Shown: positions 6,865 through 16,211 of the stretch, in pieces
Layout: each line of letters starts with the position of its first letter
Numbering within the stretch: position 1 is the first letter of the stretch
Assembly (NCBI GenBank): GCA_046734515.1
Contig: JBKPRI010000269.1
Location: forward strand, 1-49,001
Direction: 5' to 3'
Source of the DNA: Candidatus Methylomirabilota bacterium
Lineage (GTDB): Bacteria > Methylomirabilota > Methylomirabilia > Rokubacteriales > CSP1-6
Length of the DNA: 49,001 nt
Program-made: the position numbers and the translations under genes
The notes under the pieces: generated by a model
Told to the model about the DNA's origin: nothing
Databases searched by the model: none
The model's input: the letters and a program-made list of their open reading frames with translations, nothing else

Positions 6865-9684
6865 TCAGCCCAGCGCTTTCAGCAGCGCCCGAGCCGACAC
6901 CAGATCCGCCGTCTCGAAGCCTTCGGTGAACCTGCGCAGGACGGGCGCGAGGATCGCCCGCGCCCTGATCCGTCGCTCACGCCGCCACAGACGCGCGAGA
7001 CTCATCGCCGCACGGAGCTCCCACGCGAGAACGCCGTGTCTGTGTGCGTGGTCGATGGCCTGCTCGAACTGCGCTTCCGCCTCCTTCGATGCGCCCTCTC
7101 GCGCGAGTAGCTCGCCCCTCACGCGGAGGAGCTCCGGCCAGGACCACTGCTCCTCCGTCACCTCGCAGCGTGCGAAGGCCTCCGCGATCAGCCGCTGAGC
7201 GTCGGCGGTGCGGCCGGCCGCGCCGAGACCATCGGCGAGCGCCGCCAGAAAGCCGGTGTAGTGAAAGAAGTACCGGCCCTCGCCGAGCTGTTCGAAGGCG
7301 GGCCGGACGAGCCGGCCGTAGCCGTCGGCGTCGCCACGCTTCACCAGCAACACCCCCTGCAGACAGCGACCGACGGCGTGCCATGCCACACTTCCGTGGC
7401 GGCTCGTGACATCGAGCAGCCGCGTCACCGAGCCGTCCAGCGCGCCGAGGTCGCCGGTGTACAGGGCAATCGCCGAGGCCGCTTCGGCGAGCGCGAAACA
7501 CAGCGAATGATGATGACCGGTCGCCTCGCCTTCGGCCACGGCCTGATGGGCCAGCTCGACCGCCCGCGCAGATGCCCCCTGCAGCCACACGACATGCGTC
7601 AGCGTGTTGAGCGCCAGCACCCGCTGGTCGAAGAGGAATCGCATCGTTTGCGAGCGGTAGGTCACCGGGCGCGGCTGGCGCTCCAGCATGCGCTCGATGT
7701 GGCGCCGCGCGGACTCCTGATCGCCGATGTAATGCAGGGACGCTCCGATCAGGCGGTCGGCGATCGCCTGATCGTCGGCATTCGGCCGCCGCGCCGCAAT
7801 GCCGGCGAAGCGCTGCGCGAGGGCCAGCCCCATCCGTCCTGAGCCGGTCTGGTTCCGGCACGCATACTGTCCCCAGATCGCGCGCAAGCGGTACTCGTCG
7901 TCATCGAGGCCTTCTGCCATGTCGAGGAGCGTCGTCCAGAGCGTGTCGATCTCGGGACGCGGCCCGCGCACATGAAGGGTCGACATGGCGAGCGCGGCCT
8001 GGAGCTTCAGCGCAAAGCGGCCCTCCACCGGAGCGCCGGTCTCGGCTGCGCGCTGGACCCGCTCAAAGCTCTCGTTCAGCAGCGACAGCTCCAGCCAGAG
8101 TGGCACCGCTGCGATCGTCAGCGCAGTGCCGAGCGTTGCGTCGCCGCCCGGCGCGAACGCCCAATCGAGCGCGGCGCGCACGTCGTCGAGCGTGTGGGCG
8201 TACGCGGCCAGCCACTCCGCCGTCGGCCGCGTGGGCCAGTCAGCCTCGGCCGTCTCCATCATGCCGCGGAAGTACGACGCGTGCCGGGCCAGCGCGACCT
8301 GGAGCTCCCCCGCCTCCCCGAGACGCTCGCGCGCGTAGGCGCGCGTGGTCTCCAGCAGGCGATAGCGCGGGGCACCGCCGGCGACGTGCGCGACGATGAG
8401 CGAGCGGCTCACCAGGCTCGCCACGCCGTCCGCCGCGGCCGCCTCGGGAAGCTCAGCGCTCGCGACGATCGCGCACGCGGCCTCCACCGAGAAGCTTCCC
8501 GCGAAGACGCCGAGCCGCCGCAGGACGATCCGCTCGGGCTCGGACAGGAGCTCGTGGCTCCAGTCGAGCGTGGCGCGCAGGGTCTGGTGGCGGGCGAGCG
8601 CCGTGCGCTTGCCGGTGGTGAGCAGCCGGAACCGGTCGTCGAGCCGCGCGGAGATGCCCTCGACACCCAGGGCCGCCACGCGAGCGGCAGCCAGCTCGAT
8701 GGCGAGCGGGATACCGTCGAGGCGGCGGCAGATGGCGGCGACCGTCGCGGCGTGCCGGCGATCCGACATCGCCACCGCTTCCACGGCGGCGGCGCGCGTG
8801 CTGAACAGCTGGACGGCGCCGTGGCGCAGCACGTCGTCGGCGTCGAGGTTGTCCTCGGCGGGGACCTCCAGCGATGGGACGCGATAGATGTGCTCTCCCG
8901 CGGTCCCCAGCGGCTCGCGGCTGGTCGCGAGCACGACCGTGCGCGGGCCCGTGCTGAGCAGCGCCGCGGCCATGTGCGCGGCCGCGTCGATCACGTGCTC
9001 GCAGTTGTCCAGCACCAGCAGGAGCTGCCGGTCGGCGACGGCGGCCGCGACGCGCTCGGGCGTCACCGTCGCGCTGCCCAGCGGCAGACCGAGCGCGGCC
9101 GCGACCGTCACGGCTACCAGGCTTCCATCGGTCAGCGGCGCGAGCTCGGCCAGCCAGACGCCGTCGGAAAACCGCTCGAGGATTCGGCGCGCGACTTCGA
9201 GTCCCAGGCGCGTCTTGCCAACTCCGCCTGAGCCCGTGAGGGTGACGAGCCGATGCGCCGTGGCCAGCTCCGTCACCGCCTGCACGGCGGGCGCGCGGCC
9301 GATAAGCTCTGACACTTCCACCGGCAGATTCGTGGACGCCGTGAGGCGGGGCGACGCGCTGGGGTCGCGGATCACCCCCGTGAACTGATACCCACGGCCG
9401 TGGACCGTGCGGATCAGGTGCCGGTCGGCGCCGAGGACCTTCCGCAGGGCCGAGATCTGGATCTCGAGGTTGTTCTCCTCGACGACCCGGTCAGGCCAGA
9501 TTCGACGCAGCAGCTCGTCCTTGCTGAGCACCGCACCGCCTCCGTCGAGCAGGACGAGCAGGGTGTCGAAGGCACGGTCGCCGAGGTCGATCCGGCGGCC
9601 TTCTTCAAAGAATTCACGACGTTGCCGATCGATCCGGAAGCGACCGAACTCGATCACCCCCGGCCGATTCGTCGCCGTCGCCAT
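6865..9684 (-). CDS. one-component STAND regulator, paralog 3 (wHTH + NB-ARC-like P-loop NTPase + TPR-like)
   Basis: 939-aa ORF with [79 protein letters not shown] and [11 protein letters not shown]. Confidence 0.85.
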   Translation of the reverse strand: MATATNRPGVIEFGRFRIDRQRREFFEEGRRIDLGDRAFDTLLVLLDGGGAVLSKDELLRRIWPDRVVEENNLEIQISALRKVLGADRHLIRTVHGRGYQFTGVIRDPSASPRLTASTNLPVEVSELIGRAPAVQAVTELATAHRLVTLTGSGGVGKTRLGLEVARRILERFSDGVWLAELAPLTDGSLVAVTVAAALGLPLGSATVTPERVAAAVADRQLLLVLDNCEHVIDAAAHMAAALLSTGPRTVVLATSREPLGTAGEHIYRVPSLEVPAEDNLDADDVLRHGAVQLFSTRAAAVEAVAMSDRRHAATVAAICRRLDGIPLAIELAAARVAALGVEGISARLDDRFRLLTTGKRTALARHQTLRATLDWSHELLSEPERIVLRRLGVFAGSFSVEAACAIVASAELPEAAAADGVASLVSRSLIVAHVAGGAPRYRLLETTRAYARERLGEAGELQVALARHASYFRGMMETAEADWPTRPTAEWLAAYAHTLDDVRAALDWAFAPGGDATLGTALTIAAVPLWLELSLLNESFERVQRAAETGAPVEGRFALKLQAALAMSTLHVRGPRPEIDTLWTTLLDMAEGLDDDEYRLRAIWGQYACRNQTGSGRMGLALAQRFAGIAARRPNADDQAIADRLIGASLHYIGDQESARRHIERMLERQPRPVTYRSQTMRFLFDQRVLALNTLTHVVWLQGASARAVELAHQAVAEGEATGHHHSLCFALAEAASAIALYTGDLGALDGSVTRLLDVTSRHGSVAWHAVGRCLQGVLLVKRGDADGYGRLVRPAFEQLGEGRYFFHYTGFLAALADGLGAAGRTADAQRLIAEAFARCEVTEEQWSWPELLRVRGELLAREGASKEAEAQFEQAIDHAHRHGVLAWELRAAMSLARLWRRERRIRARAILAPVLRRFTEGFETADLVSARALLKALG

Positions 9685-9707
9685 GGCCGGCCAGCGTACT
9701 CCCGCCC

Positions 9708-9769
9708 TCAGCCCTTTTCAGGACGTTTCAGGCCGCCACAAAGACTTGTCTGCCCGGGATCCGTACGCT
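9708..9769 (+). promoter_or_regulatory. second copy of the phased-repeat promoter architecture
   Basis: TCAG starts at 9708, 9718 and 9728 (TCAGCC, TCAGGA, TCAGGC). AAGACT at 9741-9746, a 17-nt spacer, then TACGCT at 9764-9769. Segment 9716-9748 is identical to 3261-3293 at 28 of 33 positions (hand count). It lies between paralog 3 (ATG at 9684, minus) and the hydrolase gene (ATG at 9797). Confidence 0.5.
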
Positions 9770-9796
9770 GCGGGCGCAAGGATGCAGGAGGGCGGC

Positions 9797-10618
9797 ATGC
9801 GCACCGTGACGATGAAGGACGGCACCGAGATCTACTTCAAGGACTGGGGCCAGGGCCAGGCAGTGGTCTTCAGCCACGGGTGGCCGCTGAGCGCCGACGC
9901 ATGGGAAGACCAGATGCTCTTCCTCGCCGAGCGCGGCTACCGCGTGATCGCCCACGACCGCCGAGGGCACGGCCGATCCAGCCAGCCGTGGCGCGGCAAC
10001 GACCTCGACACCTACGCGGATGACCTCGCCGCGCTGGTCGAGGCGCTCGATCTCAAGAACGCCGTGCACGTCGGCCACTCTACGGGTGGCGGCGAGGTGG
10101 TGCGGTACATCGCCCGTCACGGCACGCGGCGCGTGGCGCGGGCGGTGCTGATCGGCGCGATTCCGCCCCTGATGCTGCGCACGCCGGCGAATCCGGGCGG
10201 CTTGCCGATCGAGGTCTTCGACGGCATCCGGACCAACGTGCTCGCCGATCGCGCCCAGTTCTTCAGGGACCTCGCCGGGCCGTTCTATGGCGCGAACCGT
10301 TCCGGCGCGAAGGTCTCTCAGGGGCTACGCGACTCGTTCTGGCTGCAAGGGATGCAGGCCGGCTTCAAGAACGTCTTCGACTGCATCAAGGCCTTCTCGG
10401 AGACGGACCAGACCGAGGATCTCCGCAAGCTGACCGTGCGCACGCTGTTCATCCACGGCGACGACGATCAGATCGTGCCTATCGGCGCCTCGGCCCATGC
10501 CGCCGTGAAGCTCGCGCCGAAAGCCACGCTGACGGTCTATCCCGGCGCTCCGCATGGCCTGTGCAGTACCCACAAGGACCAGGTGAACGCCGACCTCCTG
10601 GCGTTTCTGCAGTCATGA
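9797..10618 (+). CDS. alpha/beta hydrolase, non-haem chloroperoxidase / arylesterase (perhydrolase) family
   Basis: [39 protein letters not shown], nucleophile elbow [20 protein letters not shown] and PGAPHGL. The track ORF (9407) extends upstream over the paralog 3 coding region. The ATG at 9797 has GGAGGG just upstream and gives the canonical N-terminus. Confidence 0.85.
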   Translation: MRTVTMKDGTEIYFKDWGQGQAVVFSHGWPLSADAWEDQMLFLAERGYRVIAHDRRGHGRSSQPWRGNDLDTYADDLAALVEALDLKNAVHVGHSTGGGEVVRYIARHGTRRVARAVLIGAIPPLMLRTPANPGGLPIEVFDGIRTNVLADRAQFFRDLAGPFYGANRSGAKVSQGLRDSFWLQGMQAGFKNVFDCIKAFSETDQTEDLRKLTVRTLFIHGDDDQIVPIGASAHAAVKLAPKATLTVYPGAPHGLCSTHKDQVNADLLAFLQS

Positions 10619-10670
10619 CCGCTGCATCGCTCGACGCCCGGACGGACTCTCAAGGCGAGAGGAGCGAACC

Positions 10671-11084
10671 ATGAGCTTCGAGAAGATCCTGTACACGGCG
10701 AAAGCACACACCACGGGCGGCCGGGAGGGTGGCGCCTCCCGCAGCGACGACGGCCGGCTCGACGTCAAGATCTCGCCGCCCGGCTCCGGCGCCGGCACCA
10801 ACCCCGAGCAGCTCTTCGCGGCGGGCTGGTCGACGTGCTTCCTCTCGGCGATCAAGGTCGTGGCCGCCAGGAAGCGGATCGCGCTGCCGCCTGACGTGGC
10901 CGTCGACGCCGAGGTCGACCTCGGCACGGCGCAGGGCAACTACGGCCTCGCGGCGCGCCTGAATGTCAGCCTGCCGGGCCTCGAGCGCCAGGCGGCGCAG
11001 GCCCTCGTGGACGCCGCGCACCAAGTGTGCCCGTACTCCCGCGCGACGCGCGGCAACATCGACGTCACCATGACCGTGGTCTGA
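10671..11084 (+). CDS. ohr: organic hydroperoxide resistance protein (OsmC/Ohr family)
   Basis: 137 aa. YTAKAHTTGGREG, NPEQLFAAGWSTCFLSA and HQVCPYSRATRGNIDV carry the two Ohr-type catalytic Cys motifs. GAGAGGAG lies before the ATG. Confidence 0.85.
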   Translation: MSFEKILYTAKAHTTGGREGGASRSDDGRLDVKISPPGSGAGTNPEQLFAAGWSTCFLSAIKVVAARKRIALPPDVAVDAEVDLGTAQGNYGLAARLNVSLPGLERQAAQALVDAAHQVCPYSRATRGNIDVTMTVV

Positions 11085-11092
11085 GAGAGAGG

Positions 11093-11680
11093 ATGGAGAT
11101 GAAGGCCAAGAGGCTCCCGGCAGTCGTGATGATCGCGGTATCGCTCGCTGTCTCGACCCTCATCCTCCTGGGTGCCAGGGCTGTCACCGCGCAGGACACT
11201 GGGCAGGCCAAGTACACCGTGCGGGTGCCAAACGGGCTCGCGTTCTCCGAGTTCAAGGGCTACGAGAGCTGGCAGACGATCTCCATCAGTCATAGTGAAA
11301 AGCTGCTCGCGGTGACCCTCGGCAACCCCGAGATGATCAAGGCCTTCCAGTCCGGCGTTCCCGGCAACGGCAAGCCGTTCCCCGACGGCGCCAAGATGGC
11401 GAAGATCCACTGGAACCCGAAGAAGCACGAGACCTTTGCCACGACGGCGGTGCCGGCCAGCCTGCACGACGTCGACTTCATGGTGAAGGACAGCAAGCGG
11501 TTCGCGGACAGCGGCGGCTGGGGCTGGGCCGCGTTCAAGTACGACGCCGCGTCCGACACCTTCAAGCCCTTCACCACGACCGACACACCGCCGCAGGGGA
11601 ACGACGCCAAGTGCGGGCTCGCCTGCCACACGATCGTGAAGAACAGGGATTACGTGTTCACGGAATACGGAAAGCGCTGA
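11093..11680 (+). CDS. cytochrome P460 family protein (secreted, c-type haem CxxCH)
   Basis: After an internal ATG (11093 or 11099) comes the signal peptide MKAKRLPAVVMIAVSLAVSTLILLGARAVTAQ. This is followed by YTVRVPNGLAFSEFKGYESWQ, PGNGKPFPDGAKMAKIHW, FMVKDSKRFADSGGWGWAAF and the haem motif CGLACH near the C-terminus. The upstream part of the track ORF overlaps ohr. Confidence 0.75.
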   Translation: MEMKAKRLPAVVMIAVSLAVSTLILLGARAVTAQDTGQAKYTVRVPNGLAFSEFKGYESWQTISISHSEKLLAVTLGNPEMIKAFQSGVPGNGKPFPDGAKMAKIHWNPKKHETFATTAVPASLHDVDFMVKDSKRFADSGGWGWAAFKYDAASDTFKPFTTTDTPPQGNDAKCGLACHTIVKNRDYVFTEYGKR

Positions 11681-11693
11681 CCGAGGCGCCACC

Positions 11694-13010
11694 ATGCGAA
11701 CGAGGGTTCTCGTCGTGGCGGCCGCCCTCGCGGCCGCCATCGCTGGCTGCAGCAGAGGCGGGGCCGCGCCGCCTCCCTCCGCCCCGGCGGTCAAGGTCGA
11801 GGTCGTCGTCGAGCAGGACGTGCCGATCAGCCGCGAGTACGTCGGGAGTCTGGTCGGCTACATCAACGCGCAGATCCGCGCCCGCGTCAGCGGGCACCTC
11901 GTGAGCCAGAAGTACACCGAGGGAGCGCTGGTCAAGAGCGGTGACGTGCTCTTCCAGGTCGACCCGCGGCCCTTCCAGACCGCGGTCGACCAGGCCGACG
12001 CGAAGCTTCGCCTCGCCGAGTCACAGCTGAGTCAGTCGAAGGCCCAGGTCAGCGCCGCCGAGGCCCAGATCGAGCAGACGCAAGCGAAGGTCGCACAGGA
12101 CGAAGCCCAGGTGACGCGGGCAGCGGCGACGCAGCGGCAGACCGAGCTCGACGTCAACCGCTACACGCCGCTGGCCCAGCGCGGCTCCGTCAGCCAGCAG
12201 GAGCTCGACAACGCGGTGCAAAACAATCTCGCCAATCTCGCGGCGGTGGAGGCCGCGCGGGCGGCCGTCCTGAACTCGCGGGCCAGCGTGTCGCAGGCGC
12301 GGGCCGCGCTCGAGAAGGCGCACGCCGACGTGAAAACCCAGGAGGCGAACATCGCCGCCGCGCGCGCCGCGGTGGCCGAGGCCCGGCTGAACCTCGGCTA
12401 CACGACGATCCTGTCGCCCATCACGGGCGTGGCCGGCTTCCGCGGGGCGAACATCGGTGACTTCGTGGGACCGACCGACGCCACCCCGCTCACGACGGTC
12501 TCGCAGGTCGATCCCATCTACGCGGAGTTCCCGGTGAGCGAGCAACGGGCCCTCGCGGTGTTCCGGCGGTGGGAGGCTGATCCTCGCGCGCGTCGCGACA
12601 TCGAGCTCGAGATGATCCTGGCCGACGGCACCCCCTACGCCCATCGCGGCCGCGCGGCCGCGCTCGACCGGCAGGTCGACGTGACCACCGGCACCGTGCT
12701 CGGGCGCGGCGTCTTTCCGAATCCCGGCAACCTGCTGCGTCCCGGCCAGTATGCAAAGGTCCGCGCGGTCGTCGAGGTTCAGAAGGGCGCGCTCCTCGTT
12801 CCCCAGCGGGCCGTCAACGACCTGCAGGGCGTGCACCAAATCGCGGTCGTCCGTGCCGATGACACGGTCGACGTGCGGACAGTCAAGACCGATACGCGCG
12901 TCGGCTCGATGTGGATCATCGCGGAGGGATTGAAGCCGGGCGAGCGCGTGGTCGTCGAGGGTGGCGACCGGGTGCGAAGCGGCCAGAAAGTCCGCGTGGC
13001 GGGGAAGTAG
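11694..13010 (+). CDS. RND efflux periplasmic adaptor (membrane fusion protein), lipoprotein
   Basis: Lipobox AIAGCS, a coiled-coil hairpin region (AQVSAAEAQIEQTQAKVAQDEAQ), barrel motifs (ILSPITGV) and an MFP-typical C-terminus. It lies 13 nt after the P460 stop and 3 nt before the RND permease. Confidence 0.9.
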   Translation: MRTRVLVVAAALAAAIAGCSRGGAAPPPSAPAVKVEVVVEQDVPISREYVGSLVGYINAQIRARVSGHLVSQKYTEGALVKSGDVLFQVDPRPFQTAVDQADAKLRLAESQLSQSKAQVSAAEAQIEQTQAKVAQDEAQVTRAAATQRQTELDVNRYTPLAQRGSVSQQELDNAVQNNLANLAAVEAARAAVLNSRASVSQARAALEKAHADVKTQEANIAAARAAVAEARLNLGYTTILSPITGVAGFRGANIGDFVGPTDATPLTTVSQVDPIYAEFPVSEQRALAVFRRWEADPRARRDIELEMILADGTPYAHRGRAAALDRQVDVTTGTVLGRGVFPNPGNLLRPGQYAKVRAVVEVQKGALLVPQRAVNDLQGVHQIAVVRADDTVDVRTVKTDTRVGSMWIIAEGLKPGERVVVEGGDRVRSGQKVRVAGK

Positions 13011-13013
13011 GCG

Positions 13014-16000
13014 ATGGCCAGATTCTTCATCAATCGGCCGATCGTCGCGATGGTGATCTCCATTCTCATGGTGATCCTCGGCGTCGTGGCGATGGTGCAG
13101 CTGCCGGTCGCGCTGTATCCGAACATCGCGCCGCCAGAGATCCTGCTGCAGGCGCGCTACCCGGGCGCCGACGCCGTCACACTGGAGCAGTCGGTGGCCA
13201 CGCCGATCGAGCAGCAGATGAGCGGCGTGGACAAGATGCTCTACATGTACTCGCTCAACCAGGGCGCCGGCAGCCAGATGCAGCTGCGGGTGAACTTCGA
13301 CGTCACCACCGACCCGAGCGTCGATCAGGTGCTCACCAATCTGCGCTACACGCAGGCAGCGTCCCAGCTTCCCCCCGACGTGGTGAACCAGGGCGTCACC
13401 GTCATCAAGTCGGTGACCAGCCCGCTGGGGCTCTTCGCCGTGTACTCGCCCAAGGGCACCTACGACGCGTTGTTCCTCGCCAACTACGCGTACGTCAACA
13501 TCAACGACCCGATGACGCGCGTGCCCGGCATCGGCCAGGTCCTGATCTTCGGCGCGTCGCAGTACGCCATCCGCCTGTGGATCAATCCCGACACCCTGGC
13601 CAAGCTGGACATCACCGTCAACGAGATCGCCAGCGCGCTGCAGGCACAGAACACCGTGAATCCCGCCGGCCAGCTGGGCGGCGATCCGATTCCGCGGGGC
13701 CAGGAGTTCACGTACACGGTGCTGGCGCAGGGGCGCTTGAGGAGTCTGGAGGAGTTCGAGAACGTCGTGGTGCGGGCCAGGCCGGACGGCGCGCTCGTGC
13801 GGGTGAAGGACGTCGCGCGCGTGGAGCTCGGCGCGCAGAACTACATCCGGCGCGGACGCCTGAATGGCCGGCCGGCCGCCATCGTCGCGGTCTACCAGCT
13901 GCCCGGCTCGAATGCCATCGAGGCCATGAAGGCCGCGACGAAGCTGATGGACGAGATGAAGGCGCGATTCCCGGCCGACCTCGACTACGTGACGGCGCTC
14001 GACACGACGCTGGCGGTCAGCGCCGGGATCCGGGAGATCACGATCACGCTCGTCGAGGCGCTGCTCCTCGTCGTCCTCGTCGTGTTCGTCTTCCTGCAGG
14101 GCTTCCGGGCCACGCTGATCCCGCTGCTGGCGGTGCCGGTGGCCCTGGTCGGCGCCTTCATGGTCTTTCCGCTGCTGGGATTCTCGATCAACACGCTGTC
14201 GCTGTTCGGCCTCGTGCTGGCCATCGGCCTCGTGGTGGACGACGCCATCGTGGTCGTCGAGGCCGTCGAGCAGCACATCGAGCACGGGCTCTCGCCGCGT
14301 GACGCCGCGTTGAAGGCGATGGAGGAGGTGTCGGGACCGGTCATCGGCATCGCCATCATCATGGCCGCGGTGTTCATCCCGACGGCGTTCATCCCCGGTA
14401 TCACCGGCCGGATGTACCAGCAGTTCGCGGTCACCATCGCGGTGTCCGTCCTGATCTCGGCCTTCAACGCGCTCACGCTGAGCCCGGCGCTCTCGGCGCT
14501 CTTACTGAAGCCGAAGCGCGAGATGCGCGGCCCGCTCGGCGTGTTCTTCCGTGGCTTCAACCGTGTCTTCGAGCGGGTGATGGGCGGGTATCTCGACGGC
14601 AGTCGCTACCTGATCCGCAAGGCCGCCTTCGCGCTGCTCCTGCTGCTGGGCGCGGCGGCCGTGTCGGGCCTGATCAGCCTCCGGCTTCCCGGGGGGTTCG
14701 TCCCGGAGGAGGACCAGGGCTACGTCTTCGCCAACGTCCAGCTCCCGCTGGCTGCCTCCCTCGACCGCACCGCGGCGGTCAACGACAAGCTCGATGCGAT
14801 CTTCAAGACGCAGCCGGGCATCAAGTACTACACGGGCGTGGCGGGCTTCAGCCTGCTGAGCCTGGTCACGACCACCTACAACTCCTTCTACTTCATCACG
14901 CTGGAGGACTGGGACGCCCGCAACAAGCACGGCCTCACGGCGGACGTGATCGTCCGGCAGCTGAACCAGAAGCTGGCCGGCGTGGCCGAGGCCCAGGTCT
15001 TCGCGTTCTCACCGCCCGCCATTCCCGGCATCGGCACCTCCGGCGGTGTGACGTTCATCCTCGAGGATCGCGCGGGCAAGGATCCGGCGTTCCTCGCCGA
15101 GCAGACGGACAAGTTCCTGGCCGCCGCGCGGAAGCGCCCCGAGTTCGCGCGGCTGTTCACGACCTTGCTACCGAGCGTGCCGCAGTTCTTCGCCGAGGTC
15201 GATCGCGAGAAGGTCCTGAAGCAAGGGATCAGCTTGCCCTCGGTGTACCAGGCGCTCCAGGCGTTCCTCGGCGGCGCCTTCGTGAACTACTTCAACCAGT
15301 ACGGACGGGTCTGGCAGGTGTACGTCCAGGCCGAAGGCGAGTTCCGGACCCAGGCCGACAACGTCGGCCGCTTCTACGTCCGCAACGCCGCCGGTCACCC
15401 GGTGCCCCTGTCGACGCTGGTCCGGATGAAAGAGGTCAACGGCCCCGAGTTCACGACACGGTTCAACGAGTATCGCGCAGCGCAGATCAACGGGCTGCTG
15501 GCGCCCGGGTTCAGCACCCGGCAAGGCATGCGCGCCCTCGAGGAGGTCTTCGCGGAGAGCATGCCGCGCGAGATGGGCTTCGACTACTCGGGGATGTCGT
15601 ACCAGGAGCAGGTGGCGTCGCAAGGGGTGCCGCCGAGCGTGGTGCTCGCCTTCTCGGTGCTGGTGGTGTTCTTGATCATGGCCGCCCTGTACGAGAGCTG
15701 GACGCTTCCGTTCGCCGTCCTGCTCGCCACGCCCATCGCCATGTTCGGCGCCCTCGCCGCGCTCTGGCTCCGGCGCTACGAGCTCGACGTCTTCTCGCAG
15801 ATCGGCCTGCTCATGGTGATCGGCCTCGCCGCCAAGAACGCGATCCTCATCGTCGAGTTCGCCAAGGTCGCGTACGAGGGGGGCATGCCGCTCGTCGACG
15901 CCGCGCTCGAGGGCGTCCGCGTGCGCCGGCGCGCCCTCTTCATGACCTCGTTCGCGTTCATCCTGGGCTGCGTGCCACTGTGGACCGCCGCCGGCGCCGG

Positions 16001-16211
16001 CGCGGTTGGCCGCCGGGTCCTCGGCACCGTCGTCATCGGCGGGATGCTGACCGACACGCTCATCGCCAGTCTCTTCATCTCGGTGAGCTTCTACGTCAGT
16101 GAGCGCTACGGCCGGACGTCGCCGCACGCGGCCGCCCCGCCGGTCTCCGCGCCTGCGGCGATCTCCGGCGGGGCCGGCGACGAACCTCCGGCGGCGGGAT
16201 CGCGCCCATGA
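13014..16211 (+). CDS. RND (HAE1-type) efflux permease, AcrB/MexB-like
   Basis: 1065 aa. MARFFINRPIVAMVISILMVILG..LPVALYPNIAPP, 12-TM pattern, VVDDAIVVVE. Confidence 0.95.
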   Translation: MARFFINRPIVAMVISILMVILGVVAMVQLPVALYPNIAPPEILLQARYPGADAVTLEQSVATPIEQQMSGVDKMLYMYSLNQGAGSQMQLRVNFDVTTDPSVDQVLTNLRYTQAASQLPPDVVNQGVTVIKSVTSPLGLFAVYSPKGTYDALFLANYAYVNINDPMTRVPGIGQVLIFGASQYAIRLWINPDTLAKLDITVNEIASALQAQNTVNPAGQLGGDPIPRGQEFTYTVLAQGRLRSLEEFENVVVRARPDGALVRVKDVARVELGAQNYIRRGRLNGRPAAIVAVYQLPGSNAIEAMKAATKLMDEMKARFPADLDYVTALDTTLAVSAGIREITITLVEALLLVVLVVFVFLQGFRATLIPLLAVPVALVGAFMVFPLLGFSINTLSLFGLVLAIGLVVDDAIVVVEAVEQHIEHGLSPRDAALKAMEEVSGPVIGIAIIMAAVFIPTAFIPGITGRMYQQFAVTIAVSVLISAFNALTLSPALSALLLKPKREMRGPLGVFFRGFNRVFERVMGGYLDGSRYLIRKAAFALLLLLGAAAVSGLISLRLPGGFVPEEDQGYVFANVQLPLAASLDRTAAVNDKLDAIFKTQPGIKYYTGVAGFSLLSLVTTTYNSFYFITLEDWDARNKHGLTADVIVRQLNQKLAGVAEAQVFAFSPPAIPGIGTSGGVTFILEDRAGKDPAFLAEQTDKFLAAARKRPEFARLFTTLLPSVPQFFAEVDREKVLKQGISLPSVYQALQAFLGGAFVNYFNQYGRVWQVYVQAEGEFRTQADNVGRFYVRNAAGHPVPLSTLVRMKEVNGPEFTTRFNEYRAAQINGLLAPGFSTRQGMRALEEVFAESMPREMGFDYSGMSYQEQVASQGVPPSVVLAFSVLVVFLIMAALYESWTLPFAVLLATPIAMFGALAALWLRRYELDVFSQIGLLMVIGLAAKNAILIVEFAKVAYEGGMPLVDAALEGVRVRRRALFMTSFAFILGCVPLWTAAGAGAVGRRVLGTVVIGGMLTDTLIASLFISVSFYVSERYGRTSPHAAAPPVSAPAAISGGAGDEPPAAGSRP

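Noticed and set aside
4668-9231. Long antisense ORFs 4668-6929 (753 aa) and 7972-9231 (419 aa), and the out-of-frame ORF 3850-5262
   Set aside because: Same reasoning. They oppose or overlap STAND paralogs 2 and 3, have Arg/His/Gly-rich junk composition and carry no recognisable domain.
9407-9796. N-terminal extension of the chloroperoxidase-type hydrolase ORF (track start 9407)
   Set aside because: The extension overlaps the paralog 3 coding region and the intergenic promoter and is Arg/Ser-rich. The family N-terminus ([14 protein letters not shown]) begins at 9797.
12791-12805. GCTCCTCGTTCCC inside the MFP gene, matching part of the conserved leader element at 27744-27757
   Set aside because: Only about 13 nt match. 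It lies within a well-supported coding frame (GALLVPQ) and lacks the ATCTCTGrTATC half, so it is most likely coincidence.
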